From Dehalococcoidia bacterium (lineage in GTDB: Bacteria; Chloroflexota; Dehalococcoidia; UBA2979): a stretch of DNA of 64,000 nt. The notes beneath the pieces are model-generated. The model had not been told where the DNA came from, searched no databases, and saw only the letters and a program-made list of their open reading frames with translations. Of this stretch, positions 34,356 to 43,588 are shown piece after piece. The stretch lies in the NCBI GenBank assembly GCA_965208885.1, contig CBDBPS010000002.1:622731-686730 (forward strand). Direction: 5' to 3'. The number at the start of each line of letters is the position of its first letter. Position 1 is the first letter of the stretch. The position numbers were made by a program, and so were the translations under genes.

Positions 34356-34748
34356 CTATCGAGACCAGAGGACAGGGACGGGGTAGTCCTTGATGAGCCG
34401 GTCCGGTGTGACGATGGTGAGCCCGTGCACGATCGCATGTGCCACGAGGAGCCGGTCAAACGGGTCGCGGTGTAGCTCGGGCAGCTTGCCCACCTGCAGC
34501 GTCGCAGCTTCGTCGATCCCCAGCGTCTCGATGCGATGGAGGCGTCGCTGCTCGGGGACGTACTCGTCCGGGGGCATACGCAGGCCGAGCCGTCCGAGGC
34601 CGTGCTTGATGGCGATCTCCCACGCCGAGACCGCACTCAGAAACACGTCGTTGGCGGGGTCGACTATCGCATCACGCGCCGCGGCCGACAGCTGAGCGTC
34701 ATCCTCTGCGAGCCAGAGGAATGCAACCGTGTCGAGCAGGAGCCGCAT
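34356..34748 (-). CDS. vapC: PIN-domain toxin VapC
   Basis: MRLLLDTVAFLWLAEDD...SAVSAWEIAIK...HRDPFDRLLVAHAIVHGLTIVTPD are PIN signatures. The internal ATG 34748 lies 13 nt after the antitoxin stop. Confidence 0.8.
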   Translation of the reverse strand: MRLLLDTVAFLWLAEDDAQLSAAARDAIVDPANDVFLSAVSAWEIAIKHGLGRLGLRMPPDEYVPEQRRLHRIETLGIDEAATLQVGKLPELHRDPFDRLLVAHAIVHGLTIVTPDRLIKDYPVPVLWSR

Positions 34749-34761
34749 ATCGCTCCGCGAC

Positions 34762-35013
34762 TCAGGTGGCTCGCCCTTCGAAGAGATCGAGCATCTCTTC
34801 GGGGAGCGGGTCGAAGAAGGAGTCCGGGATCTCCGCGAGGCCCTTGCCGAGTCCAACAGGGCGTGGCTCGTCCAGTGGTTCCTCGATCGGCCGGATCTCA
34901 GCCACGGGGCGATTGCGGCGGCAAAGAATGATGCGATCCCCCGGCTTCAGCCGTGCGATGTGCTCCGAGAGGTGTGTCTTCGCCTCGTGCATATTGAGTT
35001 GCGTGGTCGACAT
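34762..35013 (-). CDS. Phd/YefM-family type II antitoxin
   Basis: 83 aa. MSTTQLNMHEAKTHLSEHIARLKPGDRIILCRRNRPVAEIRPI matches the Phd/YefM N-terminal fold pattern. It lies immediately upstream of vapC. Confidence 0.75.
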   Translation of the reverse strand: MSTTQLNMHEAKTHLSEHIARLKPGDRIILCRRNRPVAEIRPIEEPLDEPRPVGLGKGLAEIPDSFFDPLPEEMLDLFEGRAT

Positions 35014-35157
35014 GACTCGATAGTAACCTCACTAGTAAGGCGATGCCAGTCCAGCCGCAGCGCCCATGTGGGGGTGAGGCGTGCGACGTGACAGACGCTG
35101 CTAGACTCGCGGCAGCAAGCGCGCGCGCATGCGCCGCGCACATCAAGGAGGCAGCGC

Positions 35158-36381
35158 ATGGACTGGGAAGACACCGCAGAGCAGGCAGCATTCCGCGAGG
35201 ACGTGCGCTCGTTCATCGAAGGGAACCTGCCGCAGTTCTACAAGGACAAGCGAGAGTGGAACGCCGTCACCCTGGAGGATGACTGGCAGGACCACATGAT
35301 GCACGGCGACGACGAGGCCAAGGCCGCCGCGCAGGAGTGGGCTGACACTCTCTCCTCGCGCAACTGGGTCGCGCCGCACTGGCCCGCCGAGTACGGCGGC
35401 GGCGGGCTCACCACCATGGAGCAGTTCATCTTCAACATGGAGATGGCGGAAGCCGAGGCACCCATGGTCGGCGGGAGCGGCCTCTCGCTCCTCGGCCCGA
35501 CGGTGCTGATCCACGGCACCGACGAGCAGAAGGAGCGCCTGCTGGCGCCGTCGCTGAGCGGCGAGATGCTGTGGTCGCAGGGCTTCTCCGAGCCCGGCGC
35601 CGGCTCCGACCTCGCCTCGCTGCAGACGCGCGCCGTCCGCGACGGCGACGAGTACATCATCAACGGCCAGAAGCTGTGGACCTCCTCGGCCCACAAGTCC
35701 AACTGGCTGTTTGGCATGTTCCGCACCGACCCGGACGCGCCGAAGCATCGCGGTATCACCTTCATGGTCATGCCGCAGATCAACAACGGCATCACCGTCC
35801 GCCCCATCACCACCATGGGCTGGGAGCACGGCACCAACGAGACGTTCTTCGAGGACGTGCACGTGCCCGCCAACAACGTCATCGGCGAGGTCAACCGCGG
35901 CTGGTACGTTGGCATGACCCTGCTCGACTTCGAGCGCTCGAACATCGCGGGCGCAGTCGAGACACGTCGGCGGTTGCAGTCGCTCATCGACTACATGGGC
36001 ACGGACGACGGGCAGTTGCGGACGCAGGACCGGGCGCGCACCATGCGGTCGGCGATCGCCGACCGCTGGATCGAGTCCGAGGTGCTGTTCAACTTCTCGT
36101 TCCGCATCATCTCGATGCAGGCGGGCGGGATGGTGCCGAACTACGAGGCGTCGACCTCGAAGATCTTCGGCTCCGAGCTGGACCAGCGGACGGCGAACAC
36201 CGGGATGAAGGCGTTCGGGCTGTACGCGAACATCTGGGACCGCGCGCACGAGCGCACTCCGCTGGACGCGCGCTTCACGCAGCTCTACGTGCACAGCGTG
36301 GTGTTCACGATCTTCGGCGGCTCGAACGAGATCCAGCGCAACATCATCGCGACCCGCGGACTGGCGCTGCCGCGCGGCTAG
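35158..36381 (+). CDS. Acyl-CoA dehydrogenase family protein, tandem paralogue 2
   Basis: 407 aa, collinear with paralogue 1. Most residues are identical by eye. Confidence 0.9.
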   Translation: MDWEDTAEQAAFREDVRSFIEGNLPQFYKDKREWNAVTLEDDWQDHMMHGDDEAKAAAQEWADTLSSRNWVAPHWPAEYGGGGLTTMEQFIFNMEMAEAEAPMVGGSGLSLLGPTVLIHGTDEQKERLLAPSLSGEMLWSQGFSEPGAGSDLASLQTRAVRDGDEYIINGQKLWTSSAHKSNWLFGMFRTDPDAPKHRGITFMVMPQINNGITVRPITTMGWEHGTNETFFEDVHVPANNVIGEVNRGWYVGMTLLDFERSNIAGAVETRRRLQSLIDYMGTDDGQLRTQDRARTMRSAIADRWIESEVLFNFSFRIISMQAGGMVPNYEASTSKIFGSELDQRTANTGMKAFGLYANIWDRAHERTPLDARFTQLYVHSVVFTIFGGSNEIQRNIIATRGLALPRG

Positions 36382-36403
36382 TCCCACCTCGCACGCAGAA
36401 CGC

Positions 36404-36434
36404 AACGCGCCCCGGGCATCCCCCGGGGCGCGTT
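36404..36434 (+). terminator. Terminator-like hairpin after ACAD paralogue 2
   Basis: 12-bp stem AACGCGCCCCGG/CCGGGGCGCGTT around a 7-nt loop. Confidence 0.5.
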
Positions 36435-36506
36435 GGCGTAAAGGGTGGGTAGAATCCCTCGAAGCAAGCACGCCAGCAGACGACGCGAACACGAAGGGGC
36501 CACCGC

Positions 36507-37730
36507 ATGGACTGGGAAGACACGACCGACCAGGCAGCGTTCCGCGAGAGCGTCCGCTCGTTCATCGATGAGAACCTGCCGCAGTACTACAAGGACAAGC
36601 GAAAGTGGAGCGCCGTCACCCTCGAGGACAACTGGCAGCAGGACATGGTCCACGGCAGCGACGAAGCACAGGCCGCCGCCCGCGAGTGGGCCGCGACGCT
36701 GGATTCGCGCAGCTGGTCGGCTCCGCACTGGCCGCAGGAGTACGGCGGCGCCGGCCTGACCACCATGGAGCAGTTCATCTTCAACATGGAGATGGCCGAG
36801 GCAGAGGCGCCCCTGGTCGGCGGCGGTGGTCTCTCACTCCTCGGACCGACCGTGCTGATCCACGGCACCGATGAGCAGAAGGAGCGCCTGCTGCCCGCGA
36901 CGCTGCGGGGCGAGATCCTGTGGGCGCAGGGCTTCTCGGAGCCGGGCGCCGGCTCTGACCTCGCATCGCTGCAGACGCGCGCGGTGCGCGACGGCGACGA
37001 GTACATCATCAACGGCCAGAAGATGTGGACCTCGTCGGCCCACAAGTCCAACTGGGTGTTCGGCATGTTCCGGACCGACCCGGACGCCCCGAAACACCGC
37101 GGCATCACCTTCATGGTCATGCCCCAGGAGAACAACGGCATCTCGGTCCGCCCCATCATCACCATGGGCTGGGAGCACGGCACCAACGAGACGTTCTTCG
37201 AGGACGTCCATGTCCCCGCCAGCAACGTCATCGGCGAGGTCAACCGCGGCTGGTACGTCGGCATGACCCTGCTCGACTTCGAGCGCTCGAACATCGCGGG
37301 CGCGGTCGAGACACGGCGACGGCTCCGCTCGCTGATCGACTACCTCGACACCGACGACGGCCGGTTGCAGGCGCAGGACCGTGTGGCCACCACGCGTGCG
37401 GCCATCGCGGACCGATGGATCGAGTCGGAGGTGCTGTTCAACTTCTCGTTCCGCATCATCTCGATTCAGGCGAGCGGCATGGTGCCGAACTACGAGGCGT
37501 CGACCTCGAAGATCTTCGGCTCGGAGCTGAACCAGCGCACGGCCAACACGGGTATGAAGGTGTTCGGGCTCTACTCGAACATCTGGGACCGCGCGCACGA
37601 GCGCACCCCCCTCGACGCGCGCTTCACCCAGCTCTACGTGCATAGCGTCGTCTACACGATCTTCGGCGGCTCGAACGAGATCCAGCGCAACATCATCGCA
37701 ACGCGCGGACTGGCGCTGCCTCGCGGCTAG
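36507..37730 (+). CDS. Acyl-CoA dehydrogenase family protein, tandem paralogue 3
   Basis: 407 aa, collinear with paralogues 1 and 2. Confidence 0.9.
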   Translation: MDWEDTTDQAAFRESVRSFIDENLPQYYKDKRKWSAVTLEDNWQQDMVHGSDEAQAAAREWAATLDSRSWSAPHWPQEYGGAGLTTMEQFIFNMEMAEAEAPLVGGGGLSLLGPTVLIHGTDEQKERLLPATLRGEILWAQGFSEPGAGSDLASLQTRAVRDGDEYIINGQKMWTSSAHKSNWVFGMFRTDPDAPKHRGITFMVMPQENNGISVRPIITMGWEHGTNETFFEDVHVPASNVIGEVNRGWYVGMTLLDFERSNIAGAVETRRRLRSLIDYLDTDDGRLQAQDRVATTRAAIADRWIESEVLFNFSFRIISIQASGMVPNYEASTSKIFGSELNQRTANTGMKVFGLYSNIWDRAHERTPLDARFTQLYVHSVVYTIFGGSNEIQRNIIATRGLALPRG

Positions 37731-37753
37731 TCCCACCTCGCACGCAGACCGCG

Positions 37754-37779
37754 ACGCGCCCCGGTCACCCGGGGCGCGT
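37754..37779 (+). terminator. Terminator-like hairpin after ACAD paralogue 3
   Basis: 11-bp stem ACGCGCCCCGG/CCGGGGCGCGT with loop TCAC, followed by TTG. Confidence 0.55.
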
Positions 37780-37828
37780 TTGCGTGTGCCCCCTGCCCGC
37801 CACGGCAGCCGGTGCTACGCTCGATCCG

Positions 37829-38992
37829 ATGGAGCCGAAGACCGAACGACAGGCCGAACTCGTGGCGCAGGCGCGGCAACTCGCCGCGCTGTTCGCCGTC
37901 GACGCCGCCGAGCACGACCGCGCCGGCTCCTTCCCGCACGCGCACTTCGAGGCCGCCCGGCGCGCGGGCTACACGGCCGCCTCGGTGCCCGAGGCGTACG
38001 GCGGCGGCGGGTACGGCCTCGACGATGTCGCGCTCGCGCAGATCGAGCTCGCGAAGCGCGACGGTTCGACAGCGCTCGGGCTGGCGATGCACCTCATGAT
38101 GTGCGGGACCGAGGCCCACGCACGCCAGTGGCCCGAGGCCGCCCGCGAGCGCATCTTCCGCGCGGTCGTGCACGAGGGCGCGCTGCTCAACAACGCCGCC
38201 GCCGAACGCAACCTCGGCTCACCGCAAGGCGGCGGGCGGCCCGAGACCACCGCCACCCCCGACGGCCCCGGCCGCTGGCGCGTGAACGGTACCAAGACCT
38301 ACACGACCGCAGCGCCCGTCCTCACCCACTTCGTCACCTACGTCGCCGTCGAGGACGGTAGCGGCGAGGTCGGCCGCATCGCGATCCATCGCGACCTGCC
38401 CGGCGTGCGCATCGAGGAGACCTGGGACGCGCTCGGCATGCGCGCCAGCGGCTCGGACGACGTGTGCTTCGAAGACGTGCTCGTCACCGACGAGGACTTC
38501 CTCACGCGCTCCAACCCGGAGCGCCAGCGCGAGCGGCCGGCCGCGTGGTTCGCGATCCTCGTCGGCGCGACGAGCCTCGGCGTGGCGGGGGCAGCGCGCG
38601 ACTACGCGGTACGCTTCGCGCGCGAGCGCCGCCCGATCGGCTCGCCCGGCCCGGTCGCGACCGTGCCGCATGTCCGGGAGCAGGTCGGGCGCATGGACGC
38701 CGCGCTCATGGCCGCGACGGCGCTGCTCATGCAGACCTCAGAGGCCTGGGAGCGCGACCCCGAAGCGCGGCCGCGCCTCGGCCCGCAGGTAGCGGCGTCG
38801 AAGCGGCTCGCCACCAACACCGCCGTCGAGGTGGTCGAGATCGCGATGCGCATCGTCGGCGGTGTCGCGATGCACCGCTCGGAGCCCCTCGAGCGCTACT
38901 TCCGAGATGTGCGCAGCGGGCTCATCAACCCGCCGATCGAGGCGCGCGCGCTGGAGACTATCGCAAGCGCGGCCCTCGACGACCCCGAGTAG
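37829..38992 (+). CDS. Acyl-CoA dehydrogenase-fold flavoprotein (type-2 C-terminal domain; possibly a flavin-dependent monooxygenase-like enzyme)
   Basis: FPHAHFEAARRAGYTAASVPEAYGGGG..., NGTKTYTT and the C-terminal YFRDVRSGLINPP (no Glu at the canonical catalytic-base loop). Confidence 0.75.
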   Translation: MEPKTERQAELVAQARQLAALFAVDAAEHDRAGSFPHAHFEAARRAGYTAASVPEAYGGGGYGLDDVALAQIELAKRDGSTALGLAMHLMMCGTEAHARQWPEAARERIFRAVVHEGALLNNAAAERNLGSPQGGGRPETTATPDGPGRWRVNGTKTYTTAAPVLTHFVTYVAVEDGSGEVGRIAIHRDLPGVRIEETWDALGMRASGSDDVCFEDVLVTDEDFLTRSNPERQRERPAAWFAILVGATSLGVAGAARDYAVRFARERRPIGSPGPVATVPHVREQVGRMDAALMAATALLMQTSEAWERDPEARPRLGPQVAASKRLATNTAVEVVEIAMRIVGGVAMHRSEPLERYFRDVRSGLINPPIEARALETIASAALDDPE

Positions 38993-39026
38993 CAACCCCG
39001 CTCCCACCGCGCGAAAGGAGTCCCCG

Positions 39027-39500
39027 ATGAGCCTCCACCGACTCGAAGCGGCGCAGGTGCTCCCCGTGGACCGCGCGGAGGCGTGGACGTTCTTCTCCAA
39101 CCCTCGCAACCTCGCGGTGATCACGCCGCCGGACATGGGCTTCGAGATCACCGAGGAGATCCCGGAGCGCGTGCATCCGGGCCTCATCGTCGTCTACCGC
39201 GTGCGCCCACTCCTCGGCATCCCCGTGACGTGGGTGACGGAGATCACCGCGGTCGTCGAGGAGGAGCTGTTCGTCGACGACCAGCGGATCGGGCCCTACC
39301 GCTTCTGGCACCACCAGCACCACTTCCGCGAGGTGGCGGATGGCACGGAGATGCGCGACATCGTCCACTATGCGCTGCCATTCGGCCCCCTCGGCGGCCT
39401 GGTGAACGAGCGCGTGGTCGCCCCACGCGTGCAGGGCATCTTCGACTTCCGTCGAGGGGTTATCGAGCAGCGCTTCGGGCTGGCGCCGCAGCCGCGCTGA
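39027..39500 (+). CDS. SRPBCC-superfamily (START/cyclase-dehydrase-like) protein
   Basis: ATG follows AAAGGAG. ...VLPVDRAEAWTFFSNPRNL...DDQRIGPYRFWHHQHHF... is a pattern typical of the SRPBCC ligand-binding family. Confidence 0.7.
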   Translation: MSLHRLEAAQVLPVDRAEAWTFFSNPRNLAVITPPDMGFEITEEIPERVHPGLIVVYRVRPLLGIPVTWVTEITAVVEEELFVDDQRIGPYRFWHHQHHFREVADGTEMRDIVHYALPFGPLGGLVNERVVAPRVQGIFDFRRGVIEQRFGLAPQPR

Positions 39501-40980
39501 CGGCTGGCACAGCCCCGTCGCCGTCGCCGTCGAGGCTCCATTCCGAGAGGCCGAGCCCATCGTGCGTCAGGCTCGCGAGACCTGTCGTGGCGAGCGCCGG
39601 GGCCGCGACTGTGATCGGTGACGCCGGCACGGTTGCGGCGACCGGAACCGCGGCTGCGACCGGCGCGGGCGCGGGCGGGGTCATCGCGGCGAGCTGGGCG
39701 GCCGTGACCTTCTGCGGCGGCTCGCGCGAGATGAGGATCGCGGCCGCGCCGAGGCAGTAGAGCAAGATCATCAGGGTCCACGCCGAGAAGTACGTGCCGC
39801 TCGCGTCGAACAGCACCGAGGCGATCACCGGCCCCAGCGCGCCGAAGAGGATCCCTGCCGGCATCCCGACGCTGCGCACTGCACCGATATACACGCGGCC
39901 GAAGTACTTCGCCCAGATGAACTCGCCCAGCGGCACTCCGCCGCCGAAGCCCAGGCCCCAGAGGAAGAACGCGACGTGCATGAGCACCAGCAGCCCAAGC
40001 CCCGCGGCGGCGAGCTGCAGCGCCGAGCCGATGCACAGCAGTCCGAAGCACATCGCCCACAGGATGCGCGGGTGCCACCGCCCCAGCGCCCAGCCCCACA
40101 GGATCTTCGCGGCGAGGTTGCCGACGCCCGCGACGCCCACCGCCAGCGCTGCCTCGGTGCGCGTGAAGCCGGCCTCGGTCACGAACGGGATGCCGTGGAT
40201 GAGCAGCGTGAAGGCCGCCGCCCCGAAGAACGCGAACGAGATCGTGAGCAAGTAGAGGGCGCGTGTGCGCAGCGCCTCGCTGCGGGTGTACGAGTTGAGG
40301 CGGTCGAGGTTCAGTGCCTCAGTGTCCGCGACCGAGGTGCCCACGCCGTCCTCGCGCCGCCCGTCGGGAAGCTGGTCGTAGTCCTCGGGCTGGCGGCGCA
40401 TGATGAGCGCCGTGGGCAGCGCCAGTAGCAGCACGGCGACGGCGAGGATCTGGTAGCCCTCGCGCCATCCGAGGCCGTCGACGATGCGCGTCATGGCGAA
40501 CGGGACGAACATCCCGGCGAACGAGATGCCCGTTGAGCCCAGCGCGATCGCCCACCCGCGCCCAAGCACGAACCACTTCGAGAGCGCGATGTTCACGACG
40601 AGCGGACCGACGAGCGACATGCCGAGCCCGACGCCGAACGCCTGCAGCAAGATGAACTGCCACAGCTCCGTGATCTGCGAGGTCAGGAACATCGCCACCG
40701 AGAGCGCGATCGCGCCGAAGATCATGAGCGGGCGCGGCCCGTGGCGGTCCACGAGCGGGCCAACGATCACGCCCGACATGCCGTTGACGGCGTTCGCGCC
40801 TGCGGTCGCGATGGTGAAGGCGGCGACGGTCCAGCCCATGTCCTGGGTGACCGGGCTGAGGAACACGCTCATCGAGGCGAAGCCCGCGCCGACGGCCACG
40901 AAGGAGCCGATGACTCCACCGCCGACCATGTACCAGCCGTAGAAGATGCGTGGCTGCGCCGCCGCGCTAGTCGCCATCAA
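39460..40980 (-). CDS. MFS transporter (paralogue of 26994..28328) with an Ala/Pro-rich C-terminal tail
   Basis: Shares blocks with the other MFS gene (GPLVDRHGPRPLM; LSKWFVLGRGWAIALGSTGISFAG). The 3' end converges on and overlaps the SRPBCC gene by ~40 nt. Confidence 0.85.
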   Translation of the reverse strand: MMATSAAAQPRIFYGWYMVGGGVIGSFVAVGAGFASMSVFLSPVTQDMGWTVAAFTIATAGANAVNGMSGVIVGPLVDRHGPRPLMIFGAIALSVAMFLTSQITELWQFILLQAFGVGLGMSLVGPLVVNIALSKWFVLGRGWAIALGSTGISFAGMFVPFAMTRIVDGLGWREGYQILAVAVLLLALPTALIMRRQPEDYDQLPDGRREDGVGTSVADTEALNLDRLNSYTRSEALRTRALYLLTISFAFFGAAAFTLLIHGIPFVTEAGFTRTEAALAVGVAGVGNLAAKILWGWALGRWHPRILWAMCFGLLCIGSALQLAAAGLGLLVLMHVAFFLWGLGFGGGVPLGEFIWAKYFGRVYIGAVRSVGMPAGILFGALGPVIASVLFDASGTYFSAWTLMILLYCLGAAAILISREPPQKVTAAQLAAMTPPAPAPVAAAVPVAATVPASPITVAAPALATTGLASLTHDGLGLSEWSLDGDGDGAVPAVSAAAAPARSAAR

Positions 40981-41056
40981 TCCATCCTACGCGCCGCGCG
41001 CGGCAGCTTCGCCTGTATCATCGCGCCGCACGGCGAACACGGTGCGAGGTGCTGCG

Positions 41057-43579
41057 ATGACGATGCCGCTCGACGGACTGCGCGTGATCGACCTGACGCG
41101 GGGGACGGTAGGACCGTTCTGCACCCGCCTTCTCGGCGACTACGGCGCCGACGTGATCAAGATCGAGCCGCCCGAGGGCGACCCGGCGCGTCACACTCCG
41201 CCGTTCTACCAGGACGAGCCCGGCCTCGAGCGCTCCGGCCTGTTCCTGTTCCTCAACACCAACAAGCGCAGCGTTGTGCTGGACCTCAAGACCGACGAGG
41301 GGCGCGAGAACCTGCTGCGGCTCGTGCAGGACGCCGACGCGGTCATCGAGAACTTCAGGCCGGGCACCCTCGAAGGGCTCGGCCTCGGCTACGACGTGCT
41401 CAGCGAGGTCAATCCGATGGTGGTGCTGACCTCGCTCACCAATTTCGGGCAGGACGGCCCGTACCGCGACTACGAGGCGACCGACCTCACGATCTTCGGG
41501 ATGGGCGGCAACCTCCAGGCAGCGGGGGACGCCGAGCTCGAGCCGGTGAAGACGGCCGGCCGCATGACCGGCTACCACGGCGGCCACGTCGGCGCACTCG
41601 CCACGATGGTCGCGCTGCACGGCTCGAAGGAGCGCGGCGAGGGCGAGCACGTCGACCTCTCGCTCTTCGAGACGGCGACGCACTCGATCGACGCGCGACT
41701 CGCTCAGCTCATGGGGCACCAGTACACGGGGAATATCGCCGGGCGCGCGGGCGTGGTCTCGCAGGTCGGATCGGGCGTGTTCCCGTGCATGGACGGGTTC
41801 TTCATCATCAGCTCGGGCCCCTCACGGCTGCCCGGCGTGATCCGCATGATCGGTCGCGAGGACCTGCTCGAGCACCCCGACTGGTCCACGGTCGCGGCAC
41901 GCTCCGCTCCCGAGCGCATCGAGGAATTCACCGCCCACCTGCTGCCGTTCACGCTCCAGCACACCAAGGCCGAGCTGCGCCAGGCGTGCGAAGACTTCGG
42001 CGTCCTCGCCGGTCCCATCAACACCATGGAAGACCTGCTGCAGGACCCGAGTTTCGTCGAGCGCGAGTTCTTCCAGACCATCGACCACCCGGAGACGGGC
42101 CCGCTGACCTACCCCGGCTTCCACTCCACGCTGCACCGCGACGAGGGCCCCATGCCGGAGCGGCGGCACGCCCCGCTCCTCGGCGCTCACACACAGGAAG
42201 TGCTCGACGCCGCCCCGCCGAAGCGCGCCCCCGTCGTGCGCTCGAACGCTGAGCCCACGCCGGTGCTCACGCCGACCACCGGCCGCCTCCCGCTGGAGGG
42301 CCTGCGCGTCATCGACTTCACGGTGGTCTGGGCCGGCCCGTACGCGACGATGCACCTCGCGGAGTGGGGCGCCGAGGTGATCCGCGTGGAGTCGACGCAG
42401 TTCGCGCCCTCGACGTCACGAGGGTTCATGGTGCGGCCGCCGCTGGAGATGGTGCAGGCGGTGGGCCCGACCAACATCACCTACCCCAACAACGAGCCGG
42501 GCGAGCGGCCCTGGAACCGCTGGTCGGGATTCACCCACCACGCCCGCAACAAGAAGTCGGTCACCCTCGACTACGCCTCGCCCGAGGGCCAGGAGATCCT
42601 CGACCGGCTGATCGCGGTCTCCGACGGCCTGATCGAGAACAACCTGCCGCCGAACGTCGAGCGCAACAACATCACGTGGGAGCGGCTGTCGAGCGTGAAC
42701 CCGCGGATGATCATGGTGCGATCGCCGGGGTTCGGCATCACCGGGCCGTACACCCGCTACCGCACGTTCGGGAACCACATGGAGGCGCTCTGCGGGCACC
42801 CCGTGATCCGCGCCTACCCCGGCTATAGCCTCGAGCGTGCCCCGAGCGGCGTGCCGTCCGACGCCGCGTCGGGCGTTGGCTCCGCCCTGGCGTTCATGAA
42901 CGGGCTGCGCTACCGCGAGCAGACCGGCAAGGGGCTCATGATCGAGCTCGCCACCGCCGAGAACTTCGTCGGGTACATCGGTGAGTTCGTCATGGACTAC
43001 TCGATGAACGGCCGGCAGTGGGAGTACATGGCGAACAGCCACTTCTTCCTCGCCCCGCACAACGTCTACCCCGTCCACGGCATCGACCGATGGGTCACCA
43101 TCGCGGTCCGCAACGAGCGCGAGTGGCAGGCGCTGTGCGACTCGATGCGCATGCCGGAGCTTGCCGACGACCCACGCTTCGCGACGATGGCGGACCGCTA
43201 CGCCAACCGCGCGGAGCTCGACGCGATCATCGCGGAGTGGACGCGGCCCCTCGACCCGTACTGGATCATGCACCGCCTCCAGGCCGTCGGGATCCCGGCG
43301 GGCGTGGTGATGACCGAGGCCGACGCCTACGCCGACCGCCAGCACCACGCGCGCGACTTCTTCCAGACCGTCGAGAACCCGGACACGGGCATCCAGCGCC
43401 AGGTGGGCCGCGCGTGGAAGGCGAGTCGCTCACCGATGGGCGCGACGCGCCACGCCCCACACCTCGGGCAGGACAACGAGTACGTCTACAAGGAGGTCAT
43501 GGGCTACTCGGACGCCGAGTACCGCGGTTTCGAGGAGCGCGGCCACATCGGCACGGAGTACGACCCCGACATCCCGTAG
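41057..43579 (+). CDS. Tandem double-domain family III CoA-transferase (CaiB/BaiF type)
   Basis: Two complete modules in one frame. Module 1 starts LDGLRVIDLTRGTVGPFCTRLLGDYGADVIKIE. Module 2 starts LEGLRVIDFTVVWAGPYATMHLAEWGAEVIRVE. Each ends with a ...PLLG(A/Q)...EVL-type segment. Confidence 0.85.
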   Translation: MTMPLDGLRVIDLTRGTVGPFCTRLLGDYGADVIKIEPPEGDPARHTPPFYQDEPGLERSGLFLFLNTNKRSVVLDLKTDEGRENLLRLVQDADAVIENFRPGTLEGLGLGYDVLSEVNPMVVLTSLTNFGQDGPYRDYEATDLTIFGMGGNLQAAGDAELEPVKTAGRMTGYHGGHVGALATMVALHGSKERGEGEHVDLSLFETATHSIDARLAQLMGHQYTGNIAGRAGVVSQVGSGVFPCMDGFFIISSGPSRLPGVIRMIGREDLLEHPDWSTVAARSAPERIEEFTAHLLPFTLQHTKAELRQACEDFGVLAGPINTMEDLLQDPSFVEREFFQTIDHPETGPLTYPGFHSTLHRDEGPMPERRHAPLLGAHTQEVLDAAPPKRAPVVRSNAEPTPVLTPTTGRLPLEGLRVIDFTVVWAGPYATMHLAEWGAEVIRVESTQFAPSTSRGFMVRPPLEMVQAVGPTNITYPNNEPGERPWNRWSGFTHHARNKKSVTLDYASPEGQEILDRLIAVSDGLIENNLPPNVERNNITWERLSSVNPRMIMVRSPGFGITGPYTRYRTFGNHMEALCGHPVIRAYPGYSLERAPSGVPSDAASGVGSALAFMNGLRYREQTGKGLMIELATAENFVGYIGEFVMDYSMNGRQWEYMANSHFFLAPHNVYPVHGIDRWVTIAVRNEREWQALCDSMRMPELADDPRFATMADRYANRAELDAIIAEWTRPLDPYWIMHRLQAVGIPAGVVMTEADAYADRQHHARDFFQTVENPDTGIQRQVGRAWKASRSPMGATRHAPHLGQDNEYVYKEVMGYSDAEYRGFEERGHIGTEYDPDIP

Positions 43580-43588
43580 CGGCTCCGT

